Shown here: one piece after another, positions 34,851 to 45,764 of the stretch
Numbering within the stretch: position 1 is the first letter of the stretch
Layout: each line of letters starts with the position of its first letter
DNA from: Histomonas meleagridis 2922-C6/04-290x
Lineage: Eukaryota > Protista > Parabasalia
Direction of reading: 5' to 3'
DNA: 64,000 bases
NCBI GenBank assembly: GCA_020184695.1
Contig: JAANOX010000270.1
Span: 89,659-153,658 of the forward strand
Notes under the pieces: generated by a model
Told to the model about the DNA's origin: nothing
The model's database searches: none
The model's input: only the letters and a program-made list of their open reading frames with translations
Position numbers and translations under genes: made by a program

Positions 34851-35849
34851 ATGAAGAAGGTACGTTTTGGTGTTATTGGAACAAATTTTATTACAGATTG
34901 GGTTATTGAAGGTGCAAAACTAGACACCAGATTTGAGTTAACAGCAGTTTATTCACGAACTCAAGAAAGAGCCAATGAATTTGCTTTAAAGCATCAAATT
35001 CTTCATACTTTTACTTCTTTAACAGACATGGCCAAAAGTCCTCTTATTGATGCTGTTTATATTGCTTCACCAAATTTCTTGCATTGCCAACAAAGCATAC
35101 TTTTTATGCAGAATGGCAAACATGTTCTTTGTGAAAAACCTCTCGCTTCAAATTCTAAAGAGGTACTTGATATGATTGCAACATCAAAAAAGTATGGAGT
35201 CACTCTTATGGAAGCCATGAAATCAACACTTGCACCAAGTTTCAAAGTATTACAATCGTATGTTCCGAAATTAGGAACTATTCGTCGTTACTTTTCATCT
35301 TATTGCCAATACTCATCCCGCTATGACAAATTTAAAGAAGGAATTGTTCTCAATGCATTCAATCCCGAATATTCAAATGGAGCAATCATGGATATTGGCG
35401 TCTACACAATTTATCCCATGGTTGTTCTTTTTGGTCGACCAAAAAAAATTATTGCAAACGGAATTGTTCTAAGTTCTGGTGCAGATGGACAAGGAACTGT
35501 TGTTTGCGAATATGATGGATTTGATGCCACTGTTATACATTCAAAAATTGCAGATTCTTCATTGCCATCTGAAATACAAGGAGAAAATGGAAGCCTTATT
35601 ATGAATAGAATAAATAAAATTGAAGAAGTGACATGGAATCCAAGAAAATCATCTCCAGAAAAACTTGCTGAAGGAATGGAGAAAAACGAATATTATTACG
35701 AAATTGAAGAGTTTATTAACTTAATAGAAAACGGTAAAATTCAATCAGAAATCAACACGCATCAAAACTCCCTTATGACAATTGAGATCATTGATGAAGT
35801 AAGAAGACAATTGGGTGTCAAGTATCCAGCAGATAATTTTTTAGAATAG
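34851..35849 (+). CDS. Gfo/Idh/MocA oxidoreductase of bacterial type (YgjR/IolU-like)
   Basis: FGVIGTNFI Rossmann motif, IASPNFLH, HVLCEKP, YCQYSSRYD, GAIMDIGVY; intronless. Confidence 0.92.
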   Translation: MKKVRFGVIGTNFITDWVIEGAKLDTRFELTAVYSRTQERANEFALKHQILHTFTSLTDMAKSPLIDAVYIASPNFLHCQQSILFMQNGKHVLCEKPLASNSKEVLDMIATSKKYGVTLMEAMKSTLAPSFKVLQSYVPKLGTIRRYFSSYCQYSSRYDKFKEGIVLNAFNPEYSNGAIMDIGVYTIYPMVVLFGRPKKIIANGIVLSSGADGQGTVVCEYDGFDATVIHSKIADSSLPSEIQGENGSLIMNRINKIEEVTWNPRKSSPEKLAEGMEKNEYYYEIEEFINLIENGKIQSEINTHQNSLMTIEIIDEVRRQLGVKYPADNFLE

Positions 35850-36032
35850 AAATAATATAACTAAAATTTCTTTTTATCAATGGACTTCATATTTTTCTTG
35901 AAATTAATGAATTATTGTGGAATGGGCCGATATTTTAAACGTCCGCTTTTCACTTCACATGGGGTACCCCTACATAAAATTTTAGAAAATTTTAAGAATT
36001 CTGAAGGTTTGTTCGAACACAAAAACTTTCTC

Positions 36033-37462
36033 ATGGAAGATAGAGTTTTCATGAGAGAAACATCAAATGTAATAATTTTGTCAGGATGGCTAGTACGCAG
36101 GTTTACCATTGGAATGACTGCTAAGAGATTTTGTGTCTTATCAGACAATCAATTGTATGTTTAAATTTTAACATCAGAATTATTGCAAAAAAAGAAAATT
36201 TTTCAAAAATTGACACCATAGTTAAAATTCATCCAGGAACAAGCATTCAAATTGTTGATGGCGAAAAATATTTTAGATTTCGTGTTGAAGATGAATCAAA
36301 AAATCCCATTCTTTTGGAAGCCAAATCATTGGAATCAATGATGACATGGGTTCTTTCACTTCGAAGTTCATGTTTCACTTCGCATGATATATCAATGGAT
36401 AATTTTAATGTTATATCTGTTATTGGTCGAGGATATTATGGGAAAGTTTCTCTTGTACAATCTAAGAAAACCAATAAATACTATGCATTGAAAACCATAA
36501 GGAAGAACAGGTTGATCAAAATGCAAAAAATACAGACCGTCCTTAACGAACGCAATATCCTCCAAAAAGCTCAACACCCATTCATTGTTTCCATGAGATT
36601 TGCATTTCAAACAGCTTCCAAGTTCTACATTGGTATGGATTATGTTCCTGGAGGTGACTTATTTTTTCATCTTAAGAAAAATGGTGCCTTTCCGATTGAA
36701 AGCGCTCGTGTTATTATAGCTGAAGTATCTTTAGCAATTGAATATCTTCATGAAAAAGGAATAATTTATCGAGATATCAAACCTGAAAATATTCTTCTAG
36801 ATGCTGATGGTAATATCAAACTGACTGATTTTGGTCTTTCTAAAGAGCTGAAATTCGGAGAAGATGTAACAGATACTTTTTGTGGAACACCTGATTATTA
36901 TGCTCCGGAAGTTGTTCAACATCAAAACTATGGAATGGCTATAGATTGGTGGTCAATAGGAATTCTATCATACGAGATTCTATTTCGTAAGTCGCCATTC
37001 CACCACAAAAATGTGGATAAAATGTACAAAAACATTCTGAACAACGAACCCACTTTTCCAGAAGGAACCGATCAAGTAACCATTGATTTCATTTCAAGAC
37101 TTCTCACAAAAGACCCATCAAAAAGAGCTGGATTTGAGGAAATTAGTCATCACCCATTTTTTGCTGGAATGGACTTCGATGATGTTCTTATGAAAAGGAT
37201 ACAGTCTGGTTTCAAACCAGAATTATCATCAAATATCGATTACTCTTGTTTCGATAATGAATTCACACAAGAAACGCCATCAGATTCATTCGTGGCACCT
37301 GTGATTGGATCCGTTGGAAATGTAACAGATTTTTCTTGCGCTTGGGTTCCGAGTGAATCCCCTTCAGACATGGGAAGCCCCATATTGCGTAATAATGTGA
37401 GCTCTTTGGGTCAAAATCATACAATTTTGGAGGATTCTCCAGTAGCACACACAAATAAATAG
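36033..37462 (+). CDS. PH-domain AGC kinase (Akt/SGK-like), join(36033..36154,36178..37462); start uncertain
   Basis: PH beta1 SGWLVRR, GRGYYGKV, RDIKPEN, TFCGTPDY, AGC C-tail FDNEFT. Two ORFs are joined by removing a 23-nt intron. Confidence 0.88.
36155..36177 (+). other. Very short spliceosomal intron, 23 nt, phase 2
   Basis: GTATGTTTAAATTTTAACATCAG: GTATGT 5' site, TTTAAC branch-like motif, CAG. Removal gives DNQ-L-IIAKKEN and removes an in-frame TAA. Confidence 0.82.
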
Positions 37463-37809
37463 AATATTCGAAATAAATTAAATGTTTTTTATTTTCAACA
37501 ATGAAACATTAAACAAAGTGAACTGCAGAAGAGCCCAAATTGAATGGTTGTAAAACCGAGATGATCAATTCCAACACAATTCACCTAACCGTTGGCATTT
37601 GACAACGATAAATATTCAATTCTGGAAATCTATTTTCCACCGGTTGCTCATCGTTTTAAATTCAATTATTCAATGGTACCATACGCACATTCAAATTAAA
37701 TTTTTTAAAAACTTTTTCATGCAAACTCAAGTATCAAAAAATTAATTAAAAAATCTAATCGTATTTTATTCTAGCTTCTAATCTAATTCTATGTATATGG
37801 TTTTAAGTC

Positions 37810-38199
37810 CTAAAAGCAGCTTGGCTGAATTGAATGTTGATAACCAAAAACATTATAAATGTTATCATCTAATTTGGCAGGTTTGAATTTTGGGAATGAA
37901 AATAGCCCTTCGAAGAGACTTAAAGGTTTGCTTCTCATCTTTGGCGTTATGGGATAATTACGAAGAAGTTCTTGTTTTCTTTGAAGGTCATTTTGAGGGA
38001 TTTGCATTGATATTTGAGGCATTGGAATTGGACTACCTCTTTGCATAACAGGAGGCTGGAGAGGAGGACGAGAAAAAAGAATATCTGGTTGGCGGTGAAT
38101 AAGTCTTCCAGTTTCATCTAACTCATGTCTTTGAACAACGTTTCCCTTTATATCATAAATAACAATATTTTTAACATAGTGCTGATTTCTTCTTCCCAT
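37810..38199 (-). CDS. Hypothetical 129-aa protein with Pro/Gln-rich centre
   Basis: ATG-initiated ORF with higher GC than its flanks; no family recognised. Confidence 0.55.
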   Translation of the reverse strand: MGRRNQHYVKNIVIYDIKGNVVQRHELDETGRLIHRQPDILFSRPPLQPPVMQRGSPIPMPQISMQIPQNDLQRKQELLRNYPITPKMRSKPLSLFEGLFSFPKFKPAKLDDNIYNVFGYQHSIQPSCF

Positions 38200-38925
38200 T
38201 TTGCACTTGGAATAAAAGATTTTGAGCGACCATGGTTACCTGATAACGTATTCAAATTCAATCTGCACGATAAAAATTTATAAGGTTATTTTTCCGTTTT
38301 GTGTGGCAACACCCTTAAAAATTCAAAAGATGCCGCCATTTAGTGTGACCGTTTACATAGAAAAAGTTATATCGTTACTGAATTTGCACGACCAATTTTC
38401 CACAAAAAAATCTCCAAAAAAATCTCTTTTTTCTCAAGATATTCAGATTAACAAGATTTTTTGTGAATTAATAAGGCGCATTAAATTAAACACCAGCATT
38501 AAATAGTAATAAAGTTTGGTTGGAAATGTATGTAAAATCATTCAAAAATAATGGTTTTTTGAATGAAACATAAATGCAAAAACAAAGGCCATATGTAAAA
38601 ATATATTTCATTAATTGAAAAGATATCTTAATTTAATATCATTATTTAAATGAATTCTTTGTGAAAAATAAACAACAACAGAATAAAACTACTGTACATG
38701 TTTTTGTCTTGAGATAATTTTGTTTAAAAAGACATGAAATAATATAATTTAGAAATTAATTAAAATTTATGAAAATTTGTAAGACTGGTTTTTTCGGTGT
38801 TATCAGGTCTATCACTCAGTAGGTAGCTAACAATGAATTTGTCGATGTTCATAATAAAATAGTACGGTATTAACAACAATTTCTCTTTGTGCCAAGTTTA
38901 TAAATCTATTTGAATCTTGACAAAA

Positions 38926-41900
38926 ATGGCAAAACTCAAGCTCAAGGTAAAAGTTCTCCCAAAGAGCGAAGAGCCAAAGGAAATGAAATTTAAAGAGACG
39001 TCATCACGAGCAAAAGTTTTAAAAAAAATTTCGAAAGAATTTAATGATCCATTAATCCTCAAATCTTTTGTTATGCTCAAGAGATCAAAAGAAGACTACA
39101 TATGTTTTGAAAAAAACACAAAGATTGATATATTAAATCCTCAGAATGGCATGAAATTGATTATTTATAAAAATCATTTTCCTATCAAAGTTAAATCACC
39201 AGATAATAAAACTAAAGTGTTTAAGATAAATCCAGGGCTTCCAGTTAAAAACCTTATTTTTCATTTTGCTAAAAAGTTAAATATCAAATATTATCTTGGT
39301 TATACAATTTCTCTCATTAACAAACAGCAAATTCAATACCTCGACGAGAACTTACCAGTATGTGTTCAAAATCCCAAATTTTCCAGATTTTCATTTGGCA
39401 TAAATTATTATTTTATTATGGATAAAGATACAGAGAACTCAACATCACTTGAACGCACTTATTCCCTTACACGCGACTTTGTTATCTCAGGTCTCTCAGA
39501 ACTCCAACCAGAAAATTATATTTTACTGTGCGCCCAAATTTCAATCATCGAAAACTATTCAAAAATTGAAACAATTATAAATTCCAATGATTCAGCATTA
39601 CTTCTTCAATATCTTCCTGAACGTCTTCAATCAGATTTGAATTCAGAAGAAGATTTATTTGACGAAGTAAAAAGTTTTAAAATCGAAGAATTACAACAAA
39701 TGAAAATCAACTTTATTAATTCAGCTCGATCATTTCCAACATTTGGTTCACATTCATTTTATGTCAAGTATTCAAACAGCCAAACATTACCATATATTTA
39801 TTTATGTATAGATTATAAAGGAATTATTCTTGTGCAAAAATCAAATTTAACAGTTATAAAAAGATTTGAATATAACGATTTTTCATTAAAAATAAAAGAA
39901 AACAAATTAATTATAAATGAAAGTGATGAATTAATTGTCGAAAATCCGAATCGTATCAAACAATTAATTGATGGATATTGTTATTTAAACTCAATTTTAA
40001 AGGATCATTTAGTTAATGAACAAAATCTTGAAGAATTAATTTATCATCAAAATAAAACAACAGATGATATCGAATTAGAACAATTAATACCTGTTAAATT
40101 TAATATTGAAGATGCTATAAGTTATCAAACATTTACTTTCATGAATGATAAAATATTTTTAAATAGCGATGAATTAAAAATTTGTGGTAATACTGATTTA
40201 AATGCTATAAAACAATTACAATTTGTAATTTCTAATGATTTAAAATTTACAAAAGATTTTGATTATGACTATGATGATTTAATGAATGATGCTTTAAAAT
40301 TAGAGTCAACACTTAAAAACATTAATTTTAAATATTCATTATTTGAGTTAAATGAAAATTATGGAAATGAATTACGTTCTGCTTTATTTTTTATAAGTTT
40401 AATAGAAGAAAAAGATGAAAATTTATTTAAAAACTTATCAAAAATTTATAAAGAAATTAAAATTAAAATCGAATCAAAAATTATTGGGTTTCATTATAAG
40501 AAATTATGTCCACCAAGAAATATGAATATAAAAGAACATTTAAAAAATGTATTACAAACAATTCCAAATATTATCAAATTAATTGATGAAGCAAATAATC
40601 AAAATAATGAGTTTCAAAGTAAAACATATAATGAATTAACCGAATTATTAAAAACAATCACAACAATATTAACAAATATTCCCGAAGAAAATGATGAAAT
40701 TACATTTGTAAAGTACAAAAAGAAGTTTTATGAATTCAAAAATGATTTAATAAATTTAATTCCAATTATAGCATTTTTCGATTTATTAAATTCAACAAAA
40801 ATTTCCGGTTTATTATCAACTATTTATGATGATTTAGAATCATCTTTAATATATTTAACATCATTTATGATTCCAAAAACAAATGTTTCTGATGTATTTA
40901 TAGGAATTCAAACAATAATTGAAAAATCAATTCGATTATATAACAAAAATAGTGAACAAAATTCATCGAAATTTTTCGTATTTCTAAGTGAAATGATTCC
41001 AATTCTTCAATCTAAAATACCGAATTGGGATACTCGTTATATTAAACGAACATTTTTACAAAGTGTTGATGATATTTTATTACAATATCAAGATTATATT
41101 CATGAAAATGATTTTCTACTTAAAAATTTAATTTTGTTAACTCGATATTTTTTGAAAAATGTTCCAAAATCTTCAATTTATGAAAACCAAAAAGATTTAT
41201 CAACATTGAAAGAACCTAAAGAACCAAGAAGAAAAGTTCGTGGCTTCAAAATTAATGATGAAATAATAAAAGATGATGAAATTGAAATATCATTAAATGA
41301 TATAAATTCATTAAATTTAGATGAATTTAATCCTTCTAAATCTTCATCAGATTCAATCTTTAATGAATTTATACAAGACTTTAATGAAATCAGCCCAATA
41401 ACATTAAAAAATATTTATTTGTTTTTAGTTAAATGGAAACCTAAATTAATTAAAATAAATGTTGAACCTTCATCATTTAAATATATTAAAAGTATTTATG
41501 ATTCGTGCTTAAAATTATTGAAATTTAATGCCGAAAGACAAGAACAATTTCAAACTCCATTTATGCTAATCAAGAAAGCATTGTTTCATGCAAATAATAT
41601 TTCATCAGATAAAAATGAATTAAAAGATTTTTTAACTGATTTACAAAATCATTTTTCAGATATTACTTTAATTCGAAATTCTGCAAAAATTGAAAAGTTT
41701 TTAAATAACTTAAAAGAAATCGAAGATAAATCAATTTCAGTTTTATCATTATGTAACATTTTTACTAAATTATTGGAATATATTTCATTATTCTCTAAGC
41801 ATTCAAATTATAATTCATTGGATATATTAAATGAACTTAAAGTAATACAAAATAATGCAAAAGAAATTTATAGAGTAATTTTAGAAGCACAATGTAATGA

Positions 41901-44900
41901 ATCATCAACAAAAATAATTAAAACTCTTTCAGAAAGAATTCTTGAATTGTCTGAAATATATTTAATAATATCAAAAACTACTTTAGATGAAATTTTAGCG
42001 CAATCAATAATTAAACAACTTACAAAAATGTTACATGGCTTAGAAGGACTTTCTGTAATTTTACTTGATCATCATCTATATAATAAAGCAGGAAATTTAT
42101 TAATATCTATTTCAAGATGTATATGGAAGTTACAACATTGTATTTATGAAGATCATAAACATAATCGTTTAATGATACTAATTCAGAACTCAACTACAAA
42201 AATTAATGATTTAGCTCATGATTTAACTGATAAAGATTCTGAACATGATTTAGTTAACTCATTATTTTTCATATCGAAAGAAATTAGCAAAAATCAAGAT
42301 CCAAATCGTTTGATACATTTTTGTGATGGGTTTTATCAATTATATTATAAATATAAGCAAATCGATGTAAGATATCAATTTATGGATATAATTAACTCAA
42401 TTGAACTAATTGTATCACGTTTATTATCAAAACCTTATAAATATTTCCCACAAAATATTTCGAATTTGATGAATTTCACAATTAATTCATATGATGATAA
42501 TAATTTATTTTCAGGATCATCAAGATCTTTAAGATCAATTGGGTTTTCAGATTCTTCTGATGATGAACATAATGAAGAAATTATACGGAAAAAATCATTA
42601 ACTTCAAGATATCAAAGTGACGAAGTACAAATTGATTTATACCCAATACAATCACAAATTGAAAAAATTCGTCCTTCAATATTACTTGATCCTAAAAATA
42701 CAGTAAATCGAAAACCTAATGGTCCACATGTAACATTTGATTTATCAAAAGATAGAAATGCGCCAATTTTTTCGACAAGTACTTCATTGTTTGTTGATGA
42801 AGCTCCACCTGAATTATTACCTCATTCTGTACCTTCCATTTATAGGAATAGTTGGAATGTACAATTATTTTCTCGGACTTTTAAAGTTCCTGATTATACA
42901 AACAAAAATAAGCGAAATTCTACATCTAAATTAAGAAGAAAATATATGAATTTAGAAAAATCATTTGATTTACTTTTAATACCTGAAAATATTAATGTGA
43001 AAAATAATTCTATTTATTCATCCAAAGATAAAGCTGAAGAAGATATTAATATTATTAAAACTCAAATTGAAGAATTGGAAAATAAATTTGATAATTTACA
43101 TAGTTTTACTGAAAAAGTATTTTTAATTGTTGATAATTTGCCTTTATTAAATGATATATGTTTACGTAATCAATCATTAAAATCATTTAATATAATGACT
43201 ATAAATGAATTATATAATTCTATTCGAAATAAATTAAATACTTTTGTTAAAAATATTATCGTAACTAATAATTATATTTATCCATATGAAAATCTTAAAA
43301 ATATTGACGTTTTAATTGATTTATTATTAATTGCATTAGAAAAAGCAAAATCGTATTCATTGTCTTGTAATCAAGAAATTCAAGATATTATAAGATCTTC
43401 ACTTTATTCAAAAGAAGCAAAGAAATCAATTCAAAGTTTAATTAATACAGAAGATCATTTATTAGTTTTATTTGTTAATGATTATATTAAAATACTTTTA
43501 AATAATTATTTAATATTTGGTAAATATACGGAACAATTAGATTCAAATGCACATAATAAAATTAATATTATTAGTATAATACAAACTCAAATTTGTAATC
43601 AATTAAATATCATTTATAGATTCATTAAAAAACTGAATTTACAAAAAAATGCTCCAATTTCTAAAATTACAAATATAATTTCATCAATTAAATCAAATGA
43701 AATTTCGGAATTATTAGAAAAAATTAATAACTTTTTACATGAAAAAAATATGCAATATAGTCAAGCAGATAAATATTCAGTTGAACTTAAATTATTTTCT
43801 AAAACTATATATAAGACAAATCAAAAATTATTTTGTTTAATATGTCAACTTAATTATTATCTTTTATCAATTAATTTTATACCACCTAATCATGAAGAAT
43901 TATTAACACAATTAATAAAAAATAGTATTAAAAATATTGTACAAATTATTCAAGAAATTAAACAAAACTCGAGTAAACTTGATACGAATTTTTCACATAC
44001 AATATGTAATGCTTGGTCTAAATTTTTGGCTGATGTTAATGGTAATATGACAAATTTACAATTTGTTGCATCTGTAGCGATAAATACAAAATCTAGATGT
44101 GATCAATTATTAAGTTATTTGAAAAACATTTCAAAAGAAATTTGTATTTTGGAAGATAGCGCATTTCCTTTTTCACCTTTATCAAAATATTCATTATTAG
44201 TAATTGATTTAGAAAAGGCAATTGATTATTTGAGTTCGACAAATCAAGAAAAGAAAATTGAAGTTGAAGAAATAGAACTTCCAAACATTGAAATTAAGAA
44301 AATTAAGAAGAAAATTATTATCGAAAAAATTATTTATATCGAAAACCATAAATTAATTTTAAAAAACATTAAAAAAGTTAATAATGAAAATATTAAAAAT
44401 ATAAATTTATATAAATTATTTAAACAACAAATTAAATTCTTTGGTAGAGAAATACAAAATTCATTAAAAGTTAATCATCATGTTATTTTAATGATATGTA
44501 ATCAAATGATTTCAGTATTACAAAACATTGATAATGAAAAACTAAAGAAAATTGTTCAAAATCAAATAAAAATTCTTTCAACAACAATTCGAAATCAAAA
44601 CAATTATTTAATATGTAAAAAAGATAAAGAAATAACACAAAAATTAAATCTTTTCCTTAATTTTTTAGCTCAAATTACACTTTTTAATTTGTATTTTATT
44701 ACAAATCAAGAAAATAATTTTAATGAATTAAAATTACATTATGATCAAATTAAAGATTTCATTAATTTCGATATACAAAAATTCGAAAACATCGAAAAAA
44801 TAGAAATAGAAATTGAATTATTTGAATCTATAATTAATTCGATTAATCAAAATATAATTAAACCTCAAAACTCATTCGGACTTAATCAATCACAAATTAC

Positions 44901-45591
44901 TATGTTAAATGAACTTAAATTTGAAGATGTGACACCTAAATATATTAAATATGATAAATTATTTAATTATATTCAACCGATGAAAAATTATTTTTATTCG
45001 ATTTTTTGGGAAAGTTCAAAAACTTTCATCAAAATGTATAAATATTTCATCGATGTAATTAATACATTTTCTAATTGTATTTCATATTTAAACATCAATT
45101 TCCTTAATCTGAAAATGAAATCTATCAAAGATTTATATCTTAAACTTAATAAATTACTTGATAACCCAATCGAATTTAATTCATTATACTTCGAAATTGT
45201 GGAAATCTTCGAAAAAATTCATAATAATATTGAAATCATTAAACCAATAATTGAAGCTGAAACAGAAAAACAAAAATTCATCGAAGCATTCGAACTATTA
45301 AAATCGATAAAACAACAATTAAATCCTTTGAAAAATAGATCAATTTATGAAAATATTGCGTTTTACTTAAAAAGATTAAAACATTCATCAATGCTAAAGT
45401 TAAGAACTTCAATGTCACCTTATGAATTAACTGATTTTCTGCTATATATAAAACAATTAATCGATGCGCAAGAGACTGATAGAATTCATATTAATACAAT
45501 GAAAAAATTATATAATTGTATTTTGCCAGGTTTCCCTGAATCGAAAAAGATTAAACAACAAATAAGTGTATACTTACAGAAATCATCTTAA
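38926..45591 (+). CDS. Giant (about 2220 aa) protein with N-terminal talin-like FERM domain and helical body
   Basis: 6.7-kb uninterrupted ORF. Ubiquitin-like F0/F1 segments (KTKVFKINPGLPVKNLI), ERTYSLTRDFVISG and FINSARSFPTFGSHSFYVK resemble FERM F2/F3. Confidence 0.6.
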   Translation: MAKLKLKVKVLPKSEEPKEMKFKETSSRAKVLKKISKEFNDPLILKSFVMLKRSKEDYICFEKNTKIDILNPQNGMKLIIYKNHFPIKVKSPDNKTKVFKINPGLPVKNLIFHFAKKLNIKYYLGYTISLINKQQIQYLDENLPVCVQNPKFSRFSFGINYYFIMDKDTENSTSLERTYSLTRDFVISGLSELQPENYILLCAQISIIENYSKIETIINSNDSALLLQYLPERLQSDLNSEEDLFDEVKSFKIEELQQMKINFINSARSFPTFGSHSFYVKYSNSQTLPYIYLCIDYKGIILVQKSNLTVIKRFEYNDFSLKIKENKLIINESDELIVENPNRIKQLIDGYCYLNSILKDHLVNEQNLEELIYHQNKTTDDIELEQLIPVKFNIEDAISYQTFTFMNDKIFLNSDELKICGNTDLNAIKQLQFVISNDLKFTKDFDYDYDDLMNDALKLESTLKNINFKYSLFELNENYGNELRSALFFISLIEEKDENLFKNLSKIYKEIKIKIESKIIGFHYKKLCPPRNMNIKEHLKNVLQTIPNIIKLIDEANNQNNEFQSKTYNELTELLKTITTILTNIPEENDEITFVKYKKKFYEFKNDLINLIPIIAFFDLLNSTKISGLLSTIYDDLESSLIYLTSFMIPKTNVSDVFIGIQTIIEKSIRLYNKNSEQNSSKFFVFLSEMIPILQSKIPNWDTRYIKRTFLQSVDDILLQYQDYIHENDFLLKNLILLTRYFLKNVPKSSIYENQKDLSTLKEPKEPRRKVRGFKINDEIIKDDEIEISLNDINSLNLDEFNPSKSSSDSIFNEFIQDFNEISPITLKNIYLFLVKWKPKLIKINVEPSSFKYIKSIYDSCLKLLKFNAERQEQFQTPFMLIKKALFHANNISSDKNELKDFLTDLQNHFSDITLIRNSAKIEKFLNNLKEIEDKSISVLSLCNIFTKLLEYISLFSKHSNYNSLDILNELKVIQNNAKEIYRVILEAQCNESSTKIIKTLSERILELSEIYLIISKTTLDEILAQSIIKQLTKMLHGLEGLSVILLDHHLYNKAGNLLISISRCIWKLQHCIYEDHKHNRLMILIQNSTTKINDLAHDLTDKDSEHDLVNSLFFISKEISKNQDPNRLIHFCDGFYQLYYKYKQIDVRYQFMDIINSIELIVSRLLSKPYKYFPQNISNLMNFTINSYDDNNLFSGSSRSLRSIGFSDSSDDEHNEEIIRKKSLTSRYQSDEVQIDLYPIQSQIEKIRPSILLDPKNTVNRKPNGPHVTFDLSKDRNAPIFSTSTSLFVDEAPPELLPHSVPSIYRNSWNVQLFSRTFKVPDYTNKNKRNSTSKLRRKYMNLEKSFDLLLIPENINVKNNSIYSSKDKAEEDINIIKTQIEELENKFDNLHSFTEKVFLIVDNLPLLNDICLRNQSLKSFNIMTINELYNSIRNKLNTFVKNIIVTNNYIYPYENLKNIDVLIDLLLIALEKAKSYSLSCNQEIQDIIRSSLYSKEAKKSIQSLINTEDHLLVLFVNDYIKILLNNYLIFGKYTEQLDSNAHNKINIISIIQTQICNQLNIIYRFIKKLNLQKNAPISKITNIISSIKSNEISELLEKINNFLHEKNMQYSQADKYSVELKLFSKTIYKTNQKLFCLICQLNYYLLSINFIPPNHEELLTQLIKNSIKNIVQIIQEIKQNSSKLDTNFSHTICNAWSKFLADVNGNMTNLQFVASVAINTKSRCDQLLSYLKNISKEICILEDSAFPFSPLSKYSLLVIDLEKAIDYLSSTNQEKKIEVEEIELPNIEIKKIKKKIIIEKIIYIENHKLILKNIKKVNNENIKNINLYKLFKQQIKFFGREIQNSLKVNHHVILMICNQMISVLQNIDNEKLKKIVQNQIKILSTTIRNQNNYLICKKDKEITQKLNLFLNFLAQITLFNLYFITNQENNFNELKLHYDQIKDFINFDIQKFENIEKIEIEIELFESIINSINQNIIKPQNSFGLNQSQITMLNELKFEDVTPKYIKYDKLFNYIQPMKNYFYSIFWESSKTFIKMYKYFIDVINTFSNCISYLNINFLNLKMKSIKDLYLKLNKLLDNPIEFNSLYFEIVEIFEKIHNNIEIIKPIIEAETEKQKFIEAFELLKSIKQQLNPLKNRSIYENIAFYLKRLKHSSMLKLRTSMSPYELTDFLLYIKQLIDAQETDRIHINTMKKLYNCILPGFPESKKIKQQISVYLQKSS

Positions 45592-45764
45592 TTGTTTAAA
45601 CAAAAAAATGTTTTTATTTTTTTTTATTTAAATTGTGATTAAAAAAAACATTTCATTATATATTTATATTTCAATTTTTTTTCTTAAATTGTGTTGCTAT
45701 AAACATATCATTAATATATATTAATAAGAGCACTAATAAAAAAAAATAATGTATTAAAGTTTAC

